DNA from: Eledone cirrhosa
Lineage: Eukaryota
Assembly (NCBI GenBank): GCA_964016885.1
Contig: OZ024741.1
Location: 33,294,001-33,358,000 of the forward strand
DNA: 64,000 nt
Direction: 5' to 3'
Shown: piece by piece, positions 10,400-21,944 of the stretch
Position numbering within the stretch: the stretch's first letter is position 1
Layout: every line of letters begins with the position of its first letter
Program-made: the position numbers and the translations under genes
The notes under the pieces: generated by a model
Seen by the model: the letters and a program-made list of their open reading frames with translations, nothing else
The model's database searches: none
Told to the model about the DNA's origin: nothing

Positions 10400-12232
10400 C
10401 TATTTTGGTGTTGAAAGTGAAGAAAGAAAAGCACTTACCTCTCCGGGTTGCGTAATTTCCATGGCATCAGGTGTGTTGGGTGGAGGGATGTTTTGTGGTG
10501 GTGTGGGGGTACACGTGTGTGGTGGGGTTGGGGTATTTGGAGTTGTGTCAGGGAGAGGGGCGGTTATGGGGAAATCTTTCAAGAGGACGCGATTCAACGG
10601 TTTTAAACAGGGGGGGCTCACGTCCCGTCTAAATTGTTCTTTTAAGGAACGATAAAGGTCCAGAGGGACCTTTATCATTTTTAAATGGGTGAAGTTCTCT
10701 GTTGAGATAAAGTTTGGCCCTTCGGTCTGCACCATAGGGTTATTGTTTATTAATTTAACCAGTTTTTTGTTTTCTTTATTTATATATGTGTATTGCAACG
10801 TCTTTTTTTGTGATGCTGTCAATGTTTCGGAGAGGGGAGGCGCAGATTTATTTTTGTTTGTTGAGGGTGGGGTGTTTTTGATTGGAGTTGGTGTTTGTGT
10901 GTGGGTTATTTGTGGTGTGCTGGGTGTGTGTTTTCTTTTTTTTCTTTTAACTTGTCTGAAGGCTTCTCCTCCTTCTTCTTCAGAAGTTGGGGGAAACTCT
11001 TCAGCGCTAGGTGGGAGGGACGTGTTGTGTGGTTGTTTTTTTTTTGCGGGAGGGGTAGATTTGTTACTGTTTTTTTTATTATTTGTTTGGAATGGGTTTT
11101 GTGGTGGTGTTGGTAATGTTTGTGTCGTGCTTGTGGTTGGTGATGGTGGTGGTGATGTTTGTGTTGTGGTTGGTGGTGGTGATTTTTGTGTCGTGCTTGT
11201 GTTTGGTGCTGGTGGTGGTGATGTTTGTGTTGTGTTTATGGTTGGTGGTGTCTGTATTTTGTTTGCTGTGTGTGGTATTAGTGTATTTTTGGAGGTGGGT
11301 GGTGTTGGTGTACTGTTTGTGGTGGGTGTGGGCAATAGTCCTTTTTGGGGGATACGTTTCGGGCAGTTAGCCTTAACGTGTCCCCTTTCCATGCATAAAT
11401 AGCATGCTGGTCTTCTCCCCTCTACAATTATGTCTATTGGGGTAAGGTCATCCAGCCAGATGCGATCCGGGATTTGTGCTATTCTTTCGGGCCTCATTTG
11501 GACTAGTATGTCGAGGCCCATTCCCAGGAACGCATCTCCAGTTGCCTTCCCCATTGACAGCATAGTGTCTTCGCCCATATCAATGAAGCCAGCAATAGCC
11601 CACCAGAAGTCCATTGTGGGCAGCATTGTTTTTACTTTTACTCTCTGTGTTCTTCTACCCATGTAGGAGGGATAGAAGCTATATGTTGTCGACGAGAGTG
11701 GGCTTAGGGAAAGCTTCTCCGCCGTTTCTTTGTCTCTTGTTAGGACCGAAATGCTGCCATAGAGTCGGTCCTTTCGTATGAAGAGAATATTCTTCATATA
11801 GTCTTTTAGGACTAACTCTATTTCCATTTGGCTGGGCTGTGCTGGCTTTCTTGTCTGGTTCAGTATAGTTCTGTATAGAACTGTGTTTTCTGCTCTGGCT
11901 TTCTTGAATTCTGGGGGGGAGTTAATGGAAAACATTCCGTTCTCCCCCAAAACAATGTGTTTCTTTGCTTCGGCCAGTTTTTCTCTGGCGGCAGTTAGGT
12001 CAATTGGTGTGTATGTAATGGATTGTTTTGTTTTCTGGGCGAAAGTTGCCCTGTCGTTATTTGTATTATTTTCTGTTTGTTTGTTTTCTGTTTGCTCATT
12101 TTCCTTAACATTTGTTTTTTCATTTTGTTTGTTTGTTTCAATGTCTAATTTTGTTGTAATTATTTTTTGTTCTTCAGACTTGGGGGGCGTGGCAGAGCTA
12201 ATGGCAGACATGTCTGCCATCTTTTCCGCCAT
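10400..12232 (-). CDS. ORF1p, gag-like nucleic-acid-binding protein (610 aa from first ATG)
   Basis: Zinc knuckle CYLCMERGHVKANC (CX2CX4HX4C), Pro/Thr-rich region, basic KRKKRK; directly upstream of ORF2. Confidence 0.9.
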   Translation of the reverse strand: MAEKMADMSAISSATPPKSEEQKIITTKLDIETNKQNEKTNVKENEQTENKQTENNTNNDRATFAQKTKQSITYTPIDLTAAREKLAEAKKHIVLGENGMFSINSPPEFKKARAENTVLYRTILNQTRKPAQPSQMEIELVLKDYMKNILFIRKDRLYGSISVLTRDKETAEKLSLSPLSSTTYSFYPSYMGRRTQRVKVKTMLPTMDFWWAIAGFIDMGEDTMLSMGKATGDAFLGMGLDILVQMRPERIAQIPDRIWLDDLTPIDIIVEGRRPACYLCMERGHVKANCPKRIPQKGLLPTPTTNSTPTPPTSKNTLIPHTANKIQTPPTINTTQTSPPPAPNTSTTQKSPPPTTTQTSPPPSPTTSTTQTLPTPPQNPFQTNNKKNSNKSTPPAKKKQPHNTSLPPSAEEFPPTSEEEGGEAFRQVKRKKRKHTPSTPQITHTQTPTPIKNTPPSTNKNKSAPPLSETLTASQKKTLQYTYINKENKKLVKLINNNPMVQTEGPNFISTENFTHLKMIKVPLDLYRSLKEQFRRDVSPPCLKPLNRVLLKDFPITAPLPDTTPNTPTPPHTCTPTPPQNIPPPNTPDAMEITQPGEVSAFLSSLSTPK

Positions 12233-12435
12233 GCTGCCAAGAAAGAAATTTTTCGGCAAAAATAGATATTTATTTTACCCCCTAAAAAGGGGGTAAATGC
12301 AAAAATGTTTCCCTAAATAACAGGGGTTAGTGTTCCAAATGTGTTGCACTAAAAAATTTATCCGGTACTTACAATAATAAGGGTAAATCCCGATGGAATA
12401 GCGGAGCCGATGCGAAGCGTGTCTTACTCTATCAA

Positions 12436-12503
12436 GATAGATAGATAGATAGATAGATAGACAGATAGATAGATAGATAGATAGACAGATAGATAGATAG
12501 ATA
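12436..12503. repeat. Spacer (GATA)6 GACA (GATA)5 GACA (GATA)4
   Basis: 68 bp; identical to spacer 18210-18277. Confidence 0.95.
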
Positions 12504-12734
12504 AATTTCTATTTATTTGCCACGAGGGCACAAAAGAAGGGGACATTTACACAGTGGGGGAGTTTACATAAATCGAGTAAAGAAAAAGGAATAACAATAA
12601 TAATATAACAATAAAAAGTCCTCAAAAGGGAGGGGGCGTGTTGGGGATTGCACATACCCCCGAAAAGTGTGCAACTCTTTTCGCGGGGGAAGCCCAGAGA
12701 GGAGGCGCTCCCCCTTTCCTCTTCACTTCTTCAC

Positions 12735-15700
12735 CTACAGAACAATGTAGAGAGAAGGCCCATTTACACGGGCCATTCTCGCTTCTTTCACCCACCTTTC
12801 ATAAAACTGTCTGGGACCAAGCACTTCTCTCTCCATCCTGATTCTTCTTCCGAAGTGGTATCGGAAGAAGTAAACCAGGTGATGGCCGGAGAGAAAGTCA
12901 CCCGACCTCAGACCTTTCAGGCGCGTCCACCACACAACCTCTTTCATCATGGCTATTACGCACAGAAAGACCGCCTCTGCTTCATTTCTGAAGGGAGGAG
13001 GCGGCTTGATGTTCACCACAGACTCGGCGGTTAATCGAATCGGCGCCACACGCGACAGCAGTCATTCGACGTAGCCCCACAGATCGGCAACGCCCGGGCA
13101 GTGTACCAGTGCATGCGCAACGGTTTCCTCGTCGCGCACGCATCTGGGACAGATCTTTTTCGCGGGATCCCTGCCCGGGCGCCCGTGTCTGTAGAGCTTT
13201 TCTCGAACGGGCAGAGCCCCCCGGTAACACTGCCAGGCTAGGGACCTCTGGAAGTTGTCCATGGGTCCCGGGCCGAAAGTTCTACCGAACAGGCTGGCCA
13301 GTTCGTCCTCCTCCATGCCTAGCGACTCTCCAAGGGTGTCGTCGCCCCTGCTAGCCACCAACCCTCTATAGAATGTCGAGGTGGATTCTCCACTGACAGT
13401 CGGGTCCGCTTGCCAGATAGCCGTGAGCGCCTGGGCACACTCAGTGTGCCAGTTGCCCAGTTTTCTCGGTCTTTGCTTCACCCAGGATTGCAGTTCGGTG
13501 AGCGAGACGAGCTGTGGGAAGGCTCGCCTCACAAACGGGGCCCACACCGGCTGACCGTTGAGGAATACCTGTAGATGCCGTAGCCTCAATGCGTGCCTAC
13601 GCATCAACAGCCACGGCATACCCAGCCCTCCTTTCGAAGGGTGCTGGCAGCAGATGGATCTCCTCACCATGGGAGGCCGCTTCTTCCAGAGGAACTGGAA
13701 GAGCATGCGTTCCATGATGGTGAGCTTTTCCTTGGGGCAAGGCACGACGGTCAGGCGGTAGTAGATGACGGACGCTATGTAAGCGTTCGTCACCTCCGCC
13801 CGACCTTTCAGTGATAGTTTGCACTTGGCCCACTTCTGGGTCAGCGCAAACACCCTGCTCGTCACCTCGCCCCAATTCTTCTCCACCTGGAGGTCCGGTC
13901 CGAACCAGACCCCGAGCAGCTTCACCGGGCCCTCCGTCCACCGCCCGACGACACCGTCTAACGGCATCGGTTTGCCCCTCCACGTTCCGAGTTGCAAACC
14001 GACTGACTTGTCCTGGTTCAGCTTAGCCCCCGTCAGCCTTTCGTATTCCTCCAGTAGGGTGGCGATCGCCCCGATTTCCGAGGCGTCCGCCACCATTACT
14101 GTTACGTCGTCGGCATAGGCCGAGACCGCTTTGTGCAATCCCGGTTCCAGGGGTATGCCCCGCAGCAACTCCAACTTCCGCAGCAGTGGCTCGAGAGTCA
14201 ATACGTACAGAAGGGAGGAGAGGGGGCACCCCTGTCTGATGGATCGGGTGATTTGAAACGGCTCCGAGAGGTAGCCGTTTACTTTAATCCTAGAGTAGAT
14301 GTTGCCACTGTGCATGGCAGAAATCCAGCCCCTGAAAACGGGTCCGAAGCCCGCCGCCGCTAGCACCGCATCCAGGTAACCATGGTCGACCCTATCGAAC
14401 GCCTTAGATTGATCCAAGTTGATCAGGGCCCCACCAAAGCCGGGTTCGTAGCCAACCCTCTCTATGATGTATCGCATGAGGTGGAGGTTGTCGTGAATGG
14501 ACCTGGACGGGATAGCGCATGTCTGCGCGTCTCCCACCAAACCACCCACCACAAGCGCCAACCTCTTCGCCAACACCTTGGCCAAAATCTGTAACTCTGC
14601 ATTCAGCAGAGTTATGGGCCTAAAGTTACTTAAGTCGTCCCCCTTGCTCTCGTCCTTCCTCACTAGCGTGACCACGCCCTTGGTCACAGAACAGGGAATT
14701 CTCCCGTTCTGTTGCCAGTTGCAATAGACAGCCTCGAGGAGTTCGGAGAACAAGACCGGCATAGCTAAATAAAGTTCGTATGGTAGACCATCGAGACCCG
14801 GGGATTTGCGTCTGCTGCATTGGCTGAGCGCTTCCCCGATTTCAGTGGCTGTGATTGGCCCTTCGCAGCACTCCGCTTCGCCGCTCGAAAGACGCGGTAG
14901 ACCGTCGAGGTATGGACCGAAGTCCACATCCCCGTCCGGCCCCCCGCCACCTCCGAACAGTCGAGCAAAGTGCCTTTGAAAGGTCTCGCACATTCGCTCA
15001 GGTTCAAGGATCACCCGTCCATCCTGGTCTCGCAAAGACCGAATGGTGGATTTAATCCCACTCTTGGCTTCTGTCACGCGGGCCCAGCTAACAGCTTTGG
15101 TCCCCTCGTTTCCTAAAGCACGTATTTTACTTCGGACAACGCAGCCTTCGTGCTTCGCGTCAAAGAACTGGCTCAATGCCGTTCTCGTCGCTAACACTCT
15201 GGCTACGTCTCCGCTCCTAATCGCCTCTTCTAGTTTATCTGTTAACTCCCTTTCCCTCCTATTTCTATTCGCCGCTAGTTCCTTACTGTAACCTATCGAA
15301 CTTACTCTAATCTCTCTCTTTAGAGATATCCACCACCTACTGTTGACGATCGCTCCCGTCAACCGCATCTTAACTAAGCTACTAATCCGGTTTCTGTAAT
15401 CTTTCTTTGTCGGTAAGGACAAGTTCATCTTCCAGTAACCGGGACCCTGTCTATGCGTTCTATCAAGGTTGACCACGCAGGTCACTAATTTGTGATCTGA
15501 ATAGCCAACCATGATCAGTTCTGGACAACTAAATACGTCCCTATCCTTACTCCTAACCAAAAACCTATCTAGGTACGATCTAGATTGTCCACTGCGGTTT
15601 GCCCAGGTCCAGGTTGGCGCAGTTGGACAATCTAGTCGAAATCTATCGACCAGGTCGAATCGATCGAGTAACCCCTTGAGGCTGCTACACCCCCCTCTAT

Positions 15701-16168
15701 CGGGACATGCCCCTGCATAGTCCCAACGCGCATCTAGGATTCCATTCCAGTCCCCCACTAAAAGCAGGGAACGCGACGTTCCTAGAAAAGTCTCCAGACG
15801 CTGGAAGAAGTCGGCTCTTTCCGCCCCGAAGGGAGCATAAAGACCGACCAGTCTGAAAGCCCCGCCTTCACCGCCTCCGACGTCCAGCACCAGTAATCGA
15901 CCCCCCGGGTCCGAGTGAACAATCTGTACGTCGAGAGTCAGACGTTTATCCAGCAGTACGGCAACTCCCCCCCCCCCCCGCCTCCGGGTTGACAGAGAGA
16001 TGCGTGCATCTCAAAGTCATCGAAGGCGGGCGCCAGCTGTCTCACGCTGCTGATCCGACTCTCGCAAACAACCATCACATCTATACTTTGTGACCTGAGG
16101 TCACTTAGAAGCTTTGCTTGCTTCCAAGCTGAGCCCAGGCCACGCGCGTTCAAACAGCCAACTCTCAA
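12735..16168 (-). pseudogene. ORF2 of copy 2: frameshift in G-run (G13 vs G11, ~15967-15979) and TGA at 13062-13064
   Basis: ORF track split into 15938-16168, 13062-15890 and 12735-13049. Confidence 0.9.
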
Positions 16169-16173
16169 TTGAT

Positions 16174-18006
16174 CTATTTTGGTGTTGAAAGTGAAGAAAG
16201 AAAAGCACTTACTTCTCCGGGTTGCGTAATTTCCATGGCATCAGGTGTGTTGGGTGGAGGGATGTTTTGTGGTGGTGTGGGGGTACACGTGTGTGGTGGG
16301 GTTGGGGTATTTGGAGTTGTGTCAGGGAGAGGGGCGGTTATGGGGAAATCTTTCAAGAGGACGCGATTCAACGGTTTTAAACAGGGGGGGCTCACGTCCC
16401 GTCTAAATTGTTCTTTTAAGGAACGATAAAGGTCCAGAGGGACCTTTATCATTTTTAAATGGGTGAAGTTCTCTGTTGAGATAAAGTTTGGCCCTTCGGT
16501 CTGCACCATAGGGTTATTGTTTATTAATTTAACCAGTTTTTTGTTTTCTTTATTTATATATGTGTATTGCAACGTCTTTTTTTGTGATGCTGTCAATGTT
16601 TCGGAGAGGGGAGGCGCAGATTTATTTTTGTTTGTTGAGGGTGGGGTGTTTTTGATTGGAGTTGGTGTTTGTGTGTGGGTTATTTGTGGTGTGCTGGGTG
16701 TGTGTTTTCTTTTTTTTCTTTTAACTTGTCTGAAGGCTTCTCCTCCTTCTTCTTCAGAAGTTGGGGGAAACTCTTCAGCGCTAGGTGGGAGGGACGTGTT
16801 GTGTGGTTGTTTTTTTTTTGCGGGAGGGGTAGATTTGTTACTGTTTTTTTTATTATTTGTTTGGAATGGGTTTTGTGGTGGTGTTGGTAATGTTTGTGTC
16901 GTGCTTGTGGTTGGTGATGGTGGTGGTGATGTTTGTGTTGTGGTTGGTGGTGGTGATTTTTGTGTCGTGCTTGTGTTTGGTGCTGGTGGTGGTGATGTTT
17001 GTGTTGTGTTTATGGTTGGTGGTGTCTGTATTTTGTTTGCTGTGTGTGGTATTAGTGTATTTTTGGAGGTGGGTGGTGTTGGTGTACTGTTTGTGGTGGG
17101 TGTGGGCAATAGTCCTTTTTGGGGGATACGTTTCGGGCAGTTAGCCTTAACGTGTCCCCTTTCCATGCATAAATAGCATGCTGGTCTTCTCCCCTCTACA
17201 ATTATGTCTATTGGGGTAAGGTCATCCAGCCAGATGCGATCCGGGATTTGTGCTATTCTTTCGGGCCTCATTTGGACTAGTATGTCGAGGCCCATTCCCA
17301 GGAACGCATCTCCAGTTGCCTTCCCCATTGACAGCATAGTGTCTTCGCCCATATCAATGAAGCCAGCAATAGCCCACCAGAAGTCCATTGTGGGCAGCAT
17401 TGTTTTTACTTTTACTCTCTGTGTTCTTCTACCCATGTAGGAGGGATAGAAGCTATATGTTGTCGACGAGAGTGGGCTTAGGGAAAGCTTCTCCGCCGTT
17501 TCTTTGTCTCTTGTTAGGACCGAAATGCTGCCATAGAGTCGGTCCTTTCGTATGAAGAGAATATTCTTCATATAGTCTTTTAGGACTAACTCTATTTCCA
17601 TTTGGCTGGGCTGTGCTGGCTTTCTTGTCTGGTTCAGTATAGTTCTGTATAGAACTGTGTTTTCTGCTCTGGCTTTCTTGAATTCTGGGGGGGAGTTAAT
17701 GGAAAACATTCCGTTCTCCCCCAAAACAATGTGTTTCTTTGCTTCGGCCAGTTTTTCTCTGGCGGCAGTTAGGTCAATTGGTGTGTATGTAATGGATTGT
17801 TTTGTTTTCTGGGCGAAAGTTGCCCTGTCGTTATTTGTATTATTTTCTGTTTGTTTGTTTTCTGTTTGCTCATTTTCCTTAACATTTGTTTTTTCATTTT
17901 GTTTGTTTGTTTCAATGTCTAATTTTGTTGTAATTATTTTTTGTTCTTCAGACTTGGGGGGCGTGGCAGAGCTAATGGCAGACATGTCTGCCATCTTTTC
18001 CGCCAT
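16174..18006 (-). CDS. ORF1p of copy 2 (intact, same protein as copy 1)
   Basis: Identical translation in ORF track. Confidence 0.9.
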   Translation of the reverse strand: MAEKMADMSAISSATPPKSEEQKIITTKLDIETNKQNEKTNVKENEQTENKQTENNTNNDRATFAQKTKQSITYTPIDLTAAREKLAEAKKHIVLGENGMFSINSPPEFKKARAENTVLYRTILNQTRKPAQPSQMEIELVLKDYMKNILFIRKDRLYGSISVLTRDKETAEKLSLSPLSSTTYSFYPSYMGRRTQRVKVKTMLPTMDFWWAIAGFIDMGEDTMLSMGKATGDAFLGMGLDILVQMRPERIAQIPDRIWLDDLTPIDIIVEGRRPACYLCMERGHVKANCPKRIPQKGLLPTPTTNSTPTPPTSKNTLIPHTANKIQTPPTINTTQTSPPPAPNTSTTQKSPPPTTTQTSPPPSPTTSTTQTLPTPPQNPFQTNNKKNSNKSTPPAKKKQPHNTSLPPSAEEFPPTSEEEGGEAFRQVKRKKRKHTPSTPQITHTQTPTPIKNTPPSTNKNKSAPPLSETLTASQKKTLQYTYINKENKKLVKLINNNPMVQTEGPNFISTENFTHLKMIKVPLDLYRSLKEQFRRDVSPPCLKPLNRVLLKDFPITAPLPDTTPNTPTPPHTCTPTPPQNIPPPNTPDAMEITQPGEVSAFLSSLSTPK

Positions 18007-18209
18007 GCTGCCAAGAAAGAAATTTTTCGGCAAAAATAGATATTTATTTTACCCCCTAAAAAGGGGGTAAATGCAAAAATGTTTCCCTAAATAACAGGGG
18101 TTAGTGTTCCAAATGTGTTGCACTAAAAAATTTATCCGGTACTTACAATAATAAGGGTAAATCCCGATGGAATAGCGGAGCCGATGCGAAGCGTGTCTTA
18201 CTCTATCAA

Positions 18210-18277
18210 GATAGATAGATAGATAGATAGATAGACAGATAGATAGATAGATAGATAGACAGATAGATAGATAGATA
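18210..18277. repeat. Spacer (GATA)6 GACA (GATA)5 GACA (GATA)4
   Basis: Identical to first spacer. Confidence 0.95.
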
Positions 18278-18508
18278 AATTTCTATTTATTTGCCACGAG
18301 GGCACAAAAGAAGGGGACATTTACACAGTGGGGGAGTTTACATAAATCGAGTAAAGAAAAAGGAATAACAATAATAATATAACAATAAAAAGTCCTCAAA
18401 AGGGAGGGGGCGTGTTGGGGATTGCACATACCCCCGAAAAGTGTGCAACTCTTTTCGCGGGGGAAGCCCAGAGAGGAGGCGCTCCCCCTTTCCTCTTCAC
18501 TTCTTCAC

Positions 18509-21500
18509 CTACAGAACAATGTAGAGAGAAGGCCCATTTACACGGGCCATTCTCGCTTCTTTCACCCACCTTTCATAAAACTGTCTGGGACCAAGCACTT
18601 CTCTCTCCATCCTGATTCTTCTTCCGAAGTGGTATCGGAAGAAGTAAACCAGGTGATGGCCGGAGAGAAAGTCACCCGACCTCAGACCTTTCAGGCGCGT
18701 CCACCACACAACCTCTTTCATCATGGCTATTACGCACAGAAAGACCGCCTCTGCTTCATTTCTGAAGGGAGGAGGCGGCTTGATGTTCACCACAGACTCG
18801 GCGGTTAATCGAATCGGCGCCACACGCGACAGCAGTCATTCGACGTAGCCCCACAGATCGGCAACGCCCGGGCAGTGTACCAGTGCATGCGCAACGGTTT
18901 CCTCGTCGCGCACGCATCTGGGACAGATCTTTTTCGCGGGATCCCTGCCCGGGCGCCCGTGTCTGTAGAGCTTTTCTCGAACGGGCAGAGCCCCCCGGTA
19001 ACACTGCCAGGCTAGGGACCTCTGGAAGTTGTCCATGGGTCCCGGGCCGAAAGTTCTACCGAACAGGCTGGCCAGTTCGTCCTCCTCCATGCCTAGCGAC
19101 TCTCCAAGGGTGTCGTCGCCCCTGCTAGCCACCAACCCTCTATAGAATGTCGAGGTGGATTCTCCACTGACAGTCGGGTCCGCTTGCCAGATAGCCGTGA
19201 GCGCCTGGGCACACTCAGTGTGCCAGTTGCCCAGTTTTCTCGGTCTTTGCTTCACCCAGGATTGCAGTTCGGTGAGCGAGACGAGCTGTGGGAAGGCTCG
19301 CCTCACAAACGGGGCCCACACCGGCTGACCGTTGAGGAATACCTGTAGATGCCGTAGCCTCAATGCGTGCCTACGCATCAACAGCCACGGCATACCCAGC
19401 CCTCCTTTCGAAGGGTGCTGGCAGCAGATGGATCTCCTCACCATGGGAGGCCGCTTCTTCCAGAGGAACTGGAAGAGCATGCGTTCCATGATGGTGAGCT
19501 TTTCCTTGGGGCAAGGCACGACGGTCAGGCGGTAGTAGATGACGGACGCTATGTAAGCGTTCGTCACCTCCGCCCGACCTTTCAGTGATAGTTTGCACTT
19601 GGCCCACTTCTGGGTCAGCGCAAACACCCTGCTCGTCACCTCGCCCCAATTCTTCTCCACCTGGAGGTCCGGTCCGAACCAGACCCCGAGCAGCTTCACC
19701 GGGCCCTCCGTCCACCGCCCGACGACACCGTCTAACGGCATCGGTTTGCCCCTCCACGTTCCGAGTTGCAAACCGACTGACTTGTCCTGGTTCAGCTTAG
19801 CCCCCGTCAGCCTTTCGTATTCCTCCAGTAGGGTGGCGATCGCCCCGATTTCCGAGGCGTCCGCCACCATTACTGTTACGTCGTCGGCATAGGCCGAGAC
19901 CGCTTTGTGCAATCCCGGTTCCAGGGGTATGCCCCGCAGCAACTCCAACTTCCGCAGCAGTGGCTCGAGAGTCAATACGTACAGAAGGGAGGAGAGGGGG
20001 CACCCCTGTCTGATGGATCGGGTGATTTGAAACGGCTCCGAGAGGTAGCCGTTTACTTTAATCCTAGAGTAGATGTTGCCACTGTGCATGGCAGAAATCC
20101 AGCCCCTGAAAACGGGTCCGAAGCCCGCCGCCGCTAGCACCGCATCCAGGTAACCATGGTCGACCCTATCGAACGCCTTAGATTGATCCAAGTTGATCAG
20201 GGCCCCACCAAAGCCGGGTTCGTAGCCAACCCTCTCTATGATGTATCGCATGAGGTGGAGGTTGTCGTGAATGGACCTGGACGGGATAGCGCATGTCTGC
20301 GCGTCTCCCACCAAACCACCCACCACAAGCGCCAACCTCTTCGCCAACACCTTGGCCAAAATCTGTAACTCTGCATTCAGCAGAGTTATGGGCCTAAAGT
20401 TACTTAAGTCGTCCCCCTTGCTCTCGTCCTTCCTCACTAGCGTGACCACGCCCTTGGTCACAGAACAGGGAATTCTCCCGTTCTGTTGCCAGTTGCAATA
20501 GACAGCCTCGAGGAGTTCGGAGAACAAGACCGGCATAGCTAAATAAAGTTCGTATGGTAGACCATCGAGACCCGGGGATTTGCGTCTGCTGCATTGGCTG
20601 AGCGCTTCCCCGATTTCAGTGGCTGTGATTGGCCCTTCGCAGCACTCCGCTTCGCCGCTCGAAAGACGCGGTAGACCGTCGAGGTATGGACCGAAGTCCA
20701 CATCCCCGTCCGGCCCCCCGCCACCTCCGAACAGTCGAGCAAAGTGCCTTTGAAAGGTCTCGCACATTCGCTCAGGTTCAAGGATCACCCGTCCATCCTG
20801 GTCTCGCAAAGACCGAATGGTGGATTTAATCCCACTCTTGGCTTCTGTCACGCGGGCCCAGCTAACAGCTTTGGTCCCCTCGTTTCCTAAAGCACGTATT
20901 TTACTTCGGACAACGCAGCCTTCGTGCTTCGCGTCAAAGAACTGGCTCAATGCCGTTCTCGTCGCTAACACTCTGGCTACGTCTCCGCTCCTAATCGCCT
21001 CTTCTAGTTTATCTGTTAACTCCCTTTCCCTCCTATTTCTATTCGCCGCTAGTTCCTTACTGTAACCTATCGAACTTACTCTAATCTCTCTCTTTAGAGA
21101 TATCCACCACCTACTGTTGACGATCGCTCCCGTCAACCGCATCTTAACTAAGCTACTAATCCGGTTTCTGTAATCTTTCTTTGTCGGTAAGGACAAGTTC
21201 ATCTTCCAGTAACCGGGACCCTGTCTATGCGTTCTATCAAGGTTGACCACGCAGGTCACTAATTTGTGATCTGAATAGCCAACCATGATCAGTTCTGGAC
21301 AACTAAATACGTCCCTATCCTTACTCCTAACCAAAAACCTATCTAGGTACGATCTAGATTGTCCACTGCGGTTTGCCCAGGTCCAGGTTGGCGCAGTTGG
21401 ACAATCTAGTCGAAATCTATCGACCAGGTCGAATCGATCGAGTAACCCCTTGAGGCTGCTACACCCCCCTCTATCGGGACATGCCCCTGCATAGTCCCAA

Positions 21501-21939
21501 CGCGCATCTAGGATTCCATTCCAGTCCCCCACTAAAAGCAGGGAACGCGACGTTCCTAGAAAAGTCTCCAGACGCTGGAAGAAGTCGGCTCTTTCCGCCC
21601 CGAAGGGAGCATAAAGACCGACCAGTCTGAAAGCCCCGCCTTCACCGCCTCCGACGTCCAGCACCAGTAATCGACCCCCCGGGTCCGAGTGAACAATCTG
21701 TACGTCGAGAGTCAGACGTTTATCCAGCAGTACGGCAACTCCCCCCCCCCGCCTCCGGGTTGACAGAGAGATGCGTGCATCTCAAAGTCATCGAAGGCGG
21801 GCGCCAGCTGTCTCACGCTGCTGATCCGACTCTCGCAAACAACCATCACATCTATACTTTGTGACCTGAGGTCACTTAGAAGCTTTGCTTGCTTCCAAGC
21901 TGAGCCCAGGCCACGCGCGTTCAAACAGCCAACTCTCAA
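18509..21939 (-). pseudogene. ORF2 of copy 3: G10 frameshift (21741-21750) and TGA at 18836-18838
   Basis: ORF track split 21712-21939, 18836-21664, 18509-18823. Confidence 0.9.
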
Positions 21940-21944
21940 TTGAT

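Larger units (their letters stand above)
6731..12435 (-). mobile_element. Full-length L1/Tx1-type non-LTR retrotransposon, copy 1
   Basis: ~200-nt 5'UTR, ORF1, ORF2, ~230-nt 3'UTR ending AATAAATAGAAATT then (TATC)n; both ends defined by identity with copies 2 and 3. Confidence 0.95.
12504..18209 (-). mobile_element. Full-length L1/Tx1-type element, copy 2
   Basis: >99% identical to copy 1 by eye; offset 5772-5774. Confidence 0.95.

Noticed and set aside
10689-11402. 237-aa antisense ORF inside ORF1 (and copies)
   Set aside because: Shadow of the C/A-rich Pro/Thr region; no recognisable motif
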